In this document: positions 55,908-64,000 of the stretch, piece by piece
Layout: each line of letters starts with the position of its first letter
Position numbering within the stretch: position 1 is the stretch's first letter
DNA from: an uncultured Chloroflexia bacterium
Lineage (GTDB): Bacteria; Chloroflexota; Anaerolineae; CG2-30-64-16
Direction of reading: 5' to 3'
Assembly: GCA_963810095.1 (NCBI GenBank)
Contig: CAWEMM010000006.1
Coordinates: 128,001-192,000 of the forward strand
DNA length: 64,000 nt
Translations under genes and position numbers: made by a program
The notes under the pieces: generated by a model
The model's database searches: none
Seen by the model: the letters and a program-made list of their open reading frames with translations, nothing else
Told to the model about the DNA's origin: nothing

Positions 55908-57042
55908 ATGAGTTGGTCGGTCAAGATCGCAAGCGTTAGGGGCATCCCCATCCGGGTGCACGCGAGCTTCCTGTTGATCCTTCTGTGGGCCGCGTGGATC
56001 GGGCTGAGCGAGGCGCGCGGCGAGTCTGCGCTGGGCAACATCGGCTTCATGGTCCTCTTCACGCTCCTGCTGTTCGTCTGCGTGGTGCTCCATGAGCTGG
56101 GGCACAGCATCGTGGCGCAAAGCTTCGGCGTGAAGGTGCATGACATCACCCTCTGGCCCATCGGTGGGGTGGCACGGCTGGCCGGGATGCCGCGGCGTCC
56201 CTCCCACGAGTTCCTGATCAGCGCAGCGGGGCCCGCCGTCAACATCTTCCTCGCCGCGGTGCTGATCGCCGCGGCGCTTGCCTGGATCGGCCCGGCCCAG
56301 CTCGTGCAGCACGGTGGCCACGGGTCGGGGCGTCGTGCGGCTGCTCAGCGGGCAGAACGGGCAGAGCCTGGTCGTGCTGCTGGCACTGCAGAACATCCTC
56401 CTGGCACTCTTCAACCTGATCCCCGCGTTCCCGATGGACGGCGGCCGCCTGTTGCGCTCTTTCCTGGCCTTCTTCCTGTCATTTCGTTCGGCAACGCGCA
56501 CGGCCTCGTTTGTCGGCCAGGGGCTCGCACTGGTGCTGCTCGGCGTCGCGTTCATCCCACCCTTCAACTTCTTTCTCGCCCTTGTCGCGGCGTTTGTGTT
56601 TCTCGGCGCGTGGCAAGAGCGCAGCCAGGTTGTGGCGCTGGAGAACCTGGCCGGGCTGGTCGTGCGTGACGCGATGCAGCCCCTCGGCGTGCGGCTGGAC
56701 GCGGCTGAGCGCGTGCTGGACGCGGCGCGCCGGACGGCCGCCGCTTCGCAGTCCGCGTTTATCGTCGTCGACGGCGCGCGGCTCGCCGGCATCATGACAC
56801 GCAGCGCGCTGCTGGCCGCGGCCAAAAAGAGCAATGGGACGGCCACCGTCGGCCAGCACGTGCCCCAGGTGATCCCGCAAGTCGCGCCCGACGAGCCGCT
56901 GGTTAGCGCGCAGGAGCAGCTGCAGGCGCCGGGGGCGGCGGTGGTCGTCGAGCGGGGGGTCGTCGTCGGCCTGATCGCGCGCTCAGACATCCTGCGGGTA
57001 TCGGAGGCGCTCGAGGTCCTGGACGGCGCCAAGCGCAGGTAA
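55908..57042 (+). CDS. Site-2 protease (M50) with CBS domains (frameshift ~56307)
   Basis: HELGH, LWPIGGVA, AGPAVN, then in the next frame FNLIPAFPMDGGR and a CBS pair. Confidence 0.88.
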
Positions 57043-57160
57043 TGCGCGCCGCGGCCAACTGCCTCCAACGCAACACGACGGCAGAAAGCAGCTGCGAACG
57101 CGCGAGATCCTTCAGGGTCTTGCCGGCCGTGGCGTCGAGGCCGGATCACGAGGAGATGGG

Positions 57161-58877
57161 GTGGCGTCCTTCTTGGGGCAGCTTGGCGAACTCATCCGGA
57201 TGCTGTGGGCATGGGTCACCGCGCGTCCGTACCGTCCATGCCTGCCCTCCGAGCCGAACGACGATTGCGGAGAGACGCGGCGGTTCGTGATCGTCCAGGT
57301 GGACGGGTTGGCGCACGAATACCTGCTGCGCGCGATGGCCGCGGGGCACACCCCGAACATACAACGCATGGTCGCCCAGGGATACCGCCTCCAACGCTGG
57401 CGCTGTGGTGTGCCATCCTCTACCCCCGCCAGCCAGTCCGGCATCATGTATGGGAACAACTGGGACATCCCCGCGTTTCGCTGGTACGAAAAGGAGTCCG
57501 GGTTGGCCCCCCACTGCAAGTCGCCGGCATTCGCCGCCCGCATCAAAGAGTCGGTTTCGACGGGCCGGCGTGGCATCCTGGCCGGCGGCTCCTCCTACGG
57601 CAACCTCATCGATGGAGACGCGCGGCTCGCGCCTGTTCACCCTTTCTGCCATGGGCCGCCAACGGTTCTACGAAGGTCTGCGCGGCCTGGGGTGGGCGCT
57701 ATTGTTCGCCCTGATCCCGTGGCGCATCCTCCGCATCCTGGCGCTGATCGTCTGGGAGTTGTTGCGCGACGTGGGGCGCACGCTCTACCAATGGGTGCGC
57801 AGCGGGCTGCGCAAGCGACTCACACTCGTCAAGCCCGTGCTCCAGGTCTTCACGAATATCATCCTGGCCGAGGTCCAAATCTTCGGGGTGCTGCTCGACG
57901 TGTATCGGGGCATGCCCTCTGTCTACGTCAATTTCTACGGCTACGATGAAGTGGCGCACGGTGAAGGACCGCTGGGCCGTGAGGCGATGCGCGCGCTGCG
58001 GCGCATCGACGCCTACATCGGCCAGGTCGAGCGCATCCGGCGCATCTACCGGCCGGAGTCCGACCTGTACATCATCTCGGACCACGGTATGAGTCCCGCC
58101 GTCCCCATCGCTCGTATCGGCCCGAAAAAAAGCTTCGAACGATTTGTGACAGACTACATCGCCACTTCGGTCGCAACGGACGAGGCCCTTACCCACCCGA
58201 GCCCGAGCCGTGGGGCTGGCGCAGAACCGGGTGAATCGTTCCGGCGGCTGTTTTACGAGCTCGACGGCATCGAAGAAAGGCTGTCACCCCGCGGGAAGCG
58301 GCTAGCACTGGCGCTTCGCAAGCGACTGCTCGAACGGCTGCCGGAAGACCCCGAGTCGGGATACGACCTGGGCCGCGGCGCGGACGTGGTGGCACGGGTG
58401 TCGGGCAATGTTGCCCACCTGTACTTCAAGGTGAGCCGCGAACGGATGGACGTGAGCGAGATCGCCCTCCTGTATCCCGAGTTGCTGGATGCGCTCAATG
58501 ACCACCCCGGGATTGGCCTGCTCCTGGCGCTCGAGGACGGCCGGCCCGTGATCGTGACGCAGCGCGGGACCATGGGACTTGCAGAGGAAGCACTGCCGCC
58601 TGGCCTGTCCGAGCCTGCGCAGAGTCTACAGGATCTCGCGCGGTTGCTCAGCTTCCCCCATTGCGGCGATCTCGTCGCCATCGGCGCCTGGAACGCCCGG
58701 GGACGAGTGGTGACCTTCGAGGACCAGCTCGCGACCCACGGCGGCGTGGGTGGGCCGCAGGATTACCCCTTCCTGCTCGTCCCGCCCAACGCCACGCTCG
58801 ACGTGACGCACGTCACGCATTCGACACAGCTATACCCCTACTTCATCGACACCTACCACAAGGACGGGCGCGGATAG
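57161..58877 (+). CDS. Alkaline phosphatase/nucleotide pyrophosphatase superfamily protein (frameshift ~57632)
   Basis: IVQVDGL, PSSTPASQ, YDEVAH, ISDHG and THGG metal-binding motifs. Confidence 0.82.
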
Positions 58878-59084
58878 ATTCGGGCCGTCAAGAAGGCCCC
58901 GACGGCGCGGGCGCGTTCCGCCGCCGTCACGAAGGTGGACGAAGGACGCGAAGCGGGAAAACACCAATCGCCTTCGCACTCTTTGTGCTTCGTACGCTTC
59001 GATAACCTTCGCGCTCTTCGTGTTCCAAGCGCTCCCCCCACGAGGCGAGAAACCCCGATTGTTTAGGTTCCTGTGACGAGCTAC

Positions 59085-59138
59085 TTGACAGCGCCGAGCC
59101 CTTGCGGTAGAACTACTTTGATGGGTATCGAATTAGTT
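59085..59138 (+). promoter_or_regulatory. Promoter with putative ArsR operator
   Basis: TTGACA-17-TAGAAC overlapped by imperfect inverted repeat AACTACTTTGAT-gggt-ATCGAATTAGTT just before the AGGAGG RBS. Confidence 0.55.
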
Positions 59139-59152
59139 TTAGGAGGCATGGA

Positions 59153-59728
59153 ATGGTCGACGAAACGGTTATGCCCGAGTTGCTGGAGTTCTTCAAAGCG
59201 TTGGCCGAGCCGAAGCGGCTGCAGATCGTGGGGCTGCTGGCTCAAAAAGCGTACACGGGCGAACAGCTCGCGGCCCTGCTCGGCTTGAGCGAGGGCACCG
59301 TATCGCACCATCTCTCATACCTGGTGCACGCGGGGCTCGTCTCAGCCGAGGCTCAGGGATACTACAGCGTGTACACCCTGCGGCTGGATCGCATCCACGA
59401 AATCGCGGAACGCCTGTTGAACCGGGAGGAGTTGCCCAAGCTGGCGGCGGATGTGGACGTGGATGCCTACGACCGGAGGGTGCTGGAAACGTTCACAAAC
59501 GCGGAGGGACGCATCAAGCAGTTCCCGGCCCAGCGCAAAAAGTTCGAAGTGCTCGTGCGGTACGTACTCAAGGCGTTCGAGCCGGGGGTGCACTACACCG
59601 GGCACGAGGTGAACGAGATCCTGTCGCGCTTCAACGAGGACACCGCGTACCTGCGCCGGAGCCTGGTCGACATGAAGCTGATGGCGCGCGAGCCGGATGG
59701 CAGCGTGTATTGGCGGGTGGATGCCTAG
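59153..59728 (+). CDS. ArsR/SmtB family regulator with C-terminal DUF2087-like domain
   Basis: FFKALAEPKRLQIV...TVSHHLSYLVHAGLV; FPAQRKK...YTGHEVN...DTAYLRRSLVD. Confidence 0.88.
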   Translation: MVDETVMPELLEFFKALAEPKRLQIVGLLAQKAYTGEQLAALLGLSEGTVSHHLSYLVHAGLVSAEAQGYYSVYTLRLDRIHEIAERLLNREELPKLAADVDVDAYDRRVLETFTNAEGRIKQFPAQRKKFEVLVRYVLKAFEPGVHYTGHEVNEILSRFNEDTAYLRRSLVDMKLMAREPDGSVYWRVDA

Positions 59729-59831
59729 ACAAAACCCTTCTTTGCCACAAAAAACCAAAGACGCCAAGGTTCACGAAGGCTTCTGAGCCGTAGTGGGTCC
59801 TGGCGTCTTTGACTCTCCGGGGTTACGGGCC

Positions 59832-61604
59832 TTATCCCGGCACCACCTGCACCCGGGTCAGTTCCTGGCCCTCGGGGTCAAGGAGGTGGACGGCGCACGC
59901 CATGCACGGGTCGAAGGAGTGAATCGTCCGCAACACCTCGACCGGCTTCTCCGGGTCTCGCACCGGGGTGCCGATCAGGGCCTCTTCCCAGGCGCCTCGG
60001 TCGCCGTTCACCCCTCGGGGCGACCCGTTCCACGTGCTCGGCACGATCATCTGGTAGTTGTCGATCTTGCCGTTCGTGACCGTCAGCCAATGACCTAAGG
60101 CACCCCGCGGCGCCTCGGTGACCCCCCAACCACTCCAGGTCGCGGGCCACGTGGCCGGCTCCCACTTCGCCGCGTTGTGGATCGCCAGGTTCCCGTTGAG
60201 CATGTTGTACTCGAGTTGGCCCACCCAGTCATGCAGTTGCTCGGCGACCAGCTGCGTCTCGATGCCGCGTGCCGCGACCCGTCCCAAGGTCGAGAAGAGC
60301 GCGGCTGCCCCGACGCCCAGGGAGGCGAGCAGGTTGTCGATCAGCGCGCGGGCCCTGGTGTGGCCCGCTGCATAGGCCACGACCATACGCGCCAACGGCC
60401 CAACCTCCATCGGCGCGCCGCCATAACGGGGGGCCTTGAGCCACGAATACTTCTCGTACCCGCTGACCAGGTCCCATGGAGGCGTGGGCCCCGTGTAGTT
60501 GGGATTCGTAATGCCTTCGTGAGGGTGCTTGCCGGCCGCATTCCCTTCGGGATAGTCGTACCAGGAGTGGCTGATGTACTCCTGGATGAGGTTCTGGTCT
60601 ACGGGCTGGGGCGCGGAGCCCACATTCTTGTTCATCACGATGCCCTGGGGCAGCCAGAGGCTGGCAGAGCTGCCGGTGTTGTCCTGGGGGAAGTCGCCCA
60701 CCGACAGGAAGTTGCCGACGCCCCCGCCGAAGGTGGCCCACTCCGGATAGTACGAGGCGACCATCAACAGGTCGGGCAGGTACACCCGGGTCACGAAGTC
60801 ATACGCCTTCGCCGTGAGCTCCTTCAACTGGGCGATGCGGCCCTCATTGAGCGCAGCCGGGCTGGTTGGATGCACCGGCAAGGCCATGCCTCCGACGAGG
60901 TAGGTCTGCGGATGCGGGTTCTTGCCCCCGAGGATCGCGTGCATCTTGATGATCTCGCGCTGCCAGTCCAAGGCTTCGAGATAATGTGACACTGCCACCA
61001 GGTTCGCCTCGGGAGGGAGCTTGTAGGCGGGATGGCCCCAATAGGCATTCGCAAAAATGCCGAGCTGACCGCTGGACGCAAAGGTGCTGAGCCGCGATTT
61101 GACTGCGGCGAAGTACTCCGGGCTGCTATTGGGCCAGTCGGACAACGACTGCGCCAGGCGGCTGGCAGCAGCCGGGTCGGCCCCCAGCGCACTGACCAGG
61201 TCAACCCAATCGAGTGCGTGCAGGTGATAGAAGTGGATCGTGTGGTCCTGGATGAATTGAATCGCTTCCAGGATGTTGCGCACGAGCCGGGCGTTGTCGG
61301 GAACCGTGATGCCCAACCCGTTCTCCACCGCCCGCACGGAGGCGATGGCATGGACCGTGGTGCAGACGCCGCAGACGCGTTGGGCGAAGACCCAGGCGTC
61401 GCGCGGATCGCGGTTACGCATGATCGCCTCGAGGCCGCGGAACATCGGTCCCACGCTCCAGGCGTCGGTGACCCGCCCGTCCTTGATCTGCACCTCGATG
61501 CGCAAATGGCCTTCGATACGGGTGATAGGATCGATCGCCACCCTGACAGGGGCCGGCCCCGCACTGCCCGGGCCGCTGACCAACGGTAAGAATCCTTTAG
61601 GCAT
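59832..61604 (-). CDS. Group 1 [NiFe]-hydrogenase large subunit
   Basis: DPITRIEGH, L1 QRVCGVCTTVH, L2 SFDPCMACAVH, followed by a cleavable C-terminal extension. Confidence 0.95.
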   Translation of the reverse strand: MPKGFLPLVSGPGSAGPAPVRVAIDPITRIEGHLRIEVQIKDGRVTDAWSVGPMFRGLEAIMRNRDPRDAWVFAQRVCGVCTTVHAIASVRAVENGLGITVPDNARLVRNILEAIQFIQDHTIHFYHLHALDWVDLVSALGADPAAASRLAQSLSDWPNSSPEYFAAVKSRLSTFASSGQLGIFANAYWGHPAYKLPPEANLVAVSHYLEALDWQREIIKMHAILGGKNPHPQTYLVGGMALPVHPTSPAALNEGRIAQLKELTAKAYDFVTRVYLPDLLMVASYYPEWATFGGGVGNFLSVGDFPQDNTGSSASLWLPQGIVMNKNVGSAPQPVDQNLIQEYISHSWYDYPEGNAAGKHPHEGITNPNYTGPTPPWDLVSGYEKYSWLKAPRYGGAPMEVGPLARMVVAYAAGHTRARALIDNLLASLGVGAAALFSTLGRVAARGIETQLVAEQLHDWVGQLEYNMLNGNLAIHNAAKWEPATWPATWSGWGVTEAPRGALGHWLTVTNGKIDNYQMIVPSTWNGSPRGVNGDRGAWEEALIGTPVRDPEKPVEVLRTIHSFDPCMACAVHLLDPEGQELTRVQVVPG

Positions 61605-61637
61605 ACTCTGCTTCCTTCATCTCAAAGCCGCGCGTGC

Positions 61638-62672
61638 TCACGCGGGCAGCGGTAGATGCTTGTAGAAGGGCGTCTCGGCGTCCCAGAAATTGACGCCCGT
61701 GCAGCCCACGCAGCCGTGGCCCGCACCGATGGGCCAGTTCGTGCCCTCGTTCCACTTCACGATGGCGCAGTTTGACTTCGTCTCCGGCCCCCGGCAGCCC
61801 ATCTTGTACAGGCACCAGCCGGCCTGGTGGTGCTCGTCGCCCCAGGCTTCCACAAACTCCCGCTTGTCATAGTGCTCGCGCCGCGGGCACGTGTCATGGA
61901 TCAGGTCGCCGTACGCAAACAGCGGACGGTCCTGGTCGTCAAGGTCCGGCAATTTGCCGTAAGTCAGGAGATACACGATCGCCGCAGTCAGGTTGACCAC
62001 GTTCATCGGGCAGCCCGGCAGGCTCAGGTGGTTCTTCAGGCCCGGCAGGATCTGCTTGACGCCGGCCGCGTTCGTCGGGTTGGGCGCTGCAGCAGCAATG
62101 CCGCCCCAACTCGAACAGGTGCCGGTCGTGATCACGATCCCGGCCTTGCTGCAGACCTCGGTGACAATCTGCTCGGCGGAACGGCCACCGATGACACAGT
62201 AGGGGCTTTGCGCGCCACGGGGGATCGAGCCCTCGATGACCACGATGTACTGGCCAGGGTATTGGGCGACCGTGTCCTCGAGCCCCTTCGTCGCCAGCTT
62301 ACCCGAAGGCACCATCAGCGTCTCATGATAGTTGACCGAAAGCGTCTCCAGCAGGATCTGCGACACGCTGGGGTTGAAGGCGTGCAGGAAGGACTCCGTG
62401 TCGCCCGTGCAGCCCTGGAACTCCAACCACACCAGGGGCGGGCGGGCTGCAGCGGCGGCGGCCGGTCTGACCAGCTGTGTGGCCGATGGCGCGCCGAGCG
62501 CCTTCAGATCAGCTGCGGAGAGGTTCTCCAAGCCGAGAGCCTGGGCGATGCGCGGGCCCTCGGTCGCAGGCAGTGCCAGGGTGGCTGTCATCAGGGCGCA
62601 GAACTTCAGAAAACCGCGGCGCGAGACGCCGCGTTGCTTGAGTCGTTGTTCGAGTGATTGTTGCTCGGACAT
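61638..62672 (-). CDS. Group 1 [NiFe]-hydrogenase small subunit, Tat-exported
   Basis: Own AGGAGG RBS and ATG at 62672; SRRGFLK Tat motif; WLEFQGCTGDTES, GTCSSWGG, PGCP, HDTCPRR, CLYKMGCRGP, GHGCVGC; no C-terminal TM helix. Confidence 0.92.
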   Translation of the reverse strand: MSEQQSLEQRLKQRGVSRRGFLKFCALMTATLALPATEGPRIAQALGLENLSAADLKALGAPSATQLVRPAAAAAARPPLVWLEFQGCTGDTESFLHAFNPSVSQILLETLSVNYHETLMVPSGKLATKGLEDTVAQYPGQYIVVIEGSIPRGAQSPYCVIGGRSAEQIVTEVCSKAGIVITTGTCSSWGGIAAAAPNPTNAAGVKQILPGLKNHLSLPGCPMNVVNLTAAIVYLLTYGKLPDLDDQDRPLFAYGDLIHDTCPRREHYDKREFVEAWGDEHHQAGWCLYKMGCRGPETKSNCAIVKWNEGTNWPIGAGHGCVGCTGVNFWDAETPFYKHLPLPA

Positions 62673-62692
62673 AAGTAGCCTCCTACGGTCGA

Positions 62693-63701
62693 TCATTGCG
62701 TTCCGTGGTCGTCGTCCGTCGCGGTCGGCCGGGGTGTACGCGTCGGCGTCGCGCTCGGCGCGAGGCGTCCGGGTCGGGGTGAAGGTGGCAGTTGGCCGGC
62801 GCGTTTGTGTCGGGGTGGGCGTCTTCGTCGCGGCGCGGACCGACGTGGGGGTTGCCGTGACGGCAGACGAGCCGCCGTCGTCGTCCTCGCCCTTCGTCAG
62901 AATGCGGATGTAGGTTGCGTCGACCGTGCTGCCGGTGCCGCGCACGCCCAACACCCACACCTGCGAGTGCTCGCCCAGCAGGCCCGGCTGCTCCAGCCAG
63001 GTGATCGAAGTCACACGCACCGTCCGCCCGCTCACCTTCCAGTTGCCCTGGTAGTTCCCCGACTCGGGATAGTCCCCCACCTCCCCGAGGAACGCGAACC
63101 GGTTCACCGGGGCGGGCAAAGGCCAGGGCGTCGGCGTGGGCCGCGAGGCTCCCGGCGCGGTAGGGCTGGCTGTCGGCGCAGCGTTCGTCGCGGTCGGCGT
63201 GGCGGTCGGCCCCGGCTGAGTTGCCGTCGCGGTCGGCGTCCAGGTCGCCGTCGGTCCGGGCTGAGTCGGGCTTGGCGTCGGCGTATTGGTCGCCGTGGCC
63301 GCGATGGGCGTGTTGGTTCGGGTCGGGGTCGGCGTGTTCGTGACGGCTGCGGCCGGGAAGTCGTTGGGATCACCCGGGAACCTAATGGCGTTGATTTCGG
63401 CCAGATTGGTGAAGCCGTCCTTGTCCGAGTCAAGCTGTTCGATAGCCGTAAAGCTGTGGCCCGCATTCTTGTAGTCGGCGGCGTACGGGTTCAGCGCGTA
63501 ACCGCCGGACGGGTGGCACAGCAGACAGCTGTCGAGCTTGGTGCCGATGATGTTGGGATACTGGTTGTTGGCGGCTGAGAGGTAGCTGCTGTACGCGCTC
63601 ACCTGCTGCGCATTGACCAGCAGGCCGGCCAGGCCCGCAAGCAGCAGGAACGCGGCCAGATATAGCAGTCGCACCGCCAAGCGCTGGCTCTTAGGTCTCA
63701 T
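62693..63701 (-). CDS. Secreted monoheme cytochrome c with Pro/Thr linkers and DUF5666-like domain (extra base ~62759)
   Basis: Signal peptide; CLLCH; DSDKDGFTNLAEI...PGDPND; TPTPT linkers; GNWKVSGRTVRVT. Removing one base restores RPSATPTRTPRPTATDDDHGTQ-stop at 62693. Confidence 0.7.
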
Positions 63702-64000
63702 AATGGATTCTTCCTGTCAGAGGGTGGCGAGGCAGAAGATGGGCGCCTCGACTTTCCGTTTGCTCCGCGTCTGGCAAGTCGTGTGAATGGACGGAGCTGT
63801 GTAACTTAAGTGCCAAACGGACGGAAACGTAAGAGGTTACGGAAGTACGATACAAAAATGACGAAATCTGTGGAGAGTTAAGAGTACTGACGAATGGATG
63901 GCACCGCCGTGCGCTCGACCTTGGGCTTCGGCATCGCTACGTAAGAAACAACCGAAGGTGACGGGTTTTGTTGAGTTGCGACAGATCGAAACTGGGCGTC

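Noticed and set aside
61638-63701. Novel cytochrome c-hydrogenase small subunit fusion (687 aa)
   Set aside because: One extra base at ~62759 explains it: correction restores the PT repeat and a stop at 62693, and the small subunit has its own RBS, ATG and Tat signal.

Overview
GC-rich bacterial DNA, most likely Chloroflexota (Anaerolineae/Caldilineae-like). This is inferred from [FYW]LP-motif secreted proteins, PT-linkers and the repeat families, not from a marker gene. About 11 reading-frame breaks, including in metY and azlC, look like assembly or sequencing indels. Left: rluD-like/lspA/DksA-like genes, an inserted block (membrane-anchored SARP regulator, large NHL/PKD protein, hicBA), ileS with a GIHH motif and alaX under an Ile (AUC) T-box. 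Centre (13.2-39.4 kb, minus strand), the main candidate new system: a ~26 kb six-gene secreted-protein operon. Its ~5,900-aa giant gene (five frameshifts) joins LamG and beta-helix adhesin modules to a Tc-toxin-A-like helical hairpin and TcB-binding-like fold, then a dockerin and a cohesin. It is accompanied by a five-cohesin scaffoldin-like protein, a single-cohesin protein and an HPDHDN-motif partner. No glycoside hydrolase and no TcB/TcC (RHS) gene is recognisable. Right: NarL regulator, Fe-S protein, azlCD, SAM-I riboswitch/metY, a repeat-rich surface protein with a two-component system, CPA1 antiporter, ABC exporter, M50 protease, alkaline-phosphatase-family protein, ArsR regulator, and a group 1 [NiFe]-hydrogenase preceded by a secreted monoheme cytochrome c. 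All family calls are by-eye motif recognition; no searches were run.
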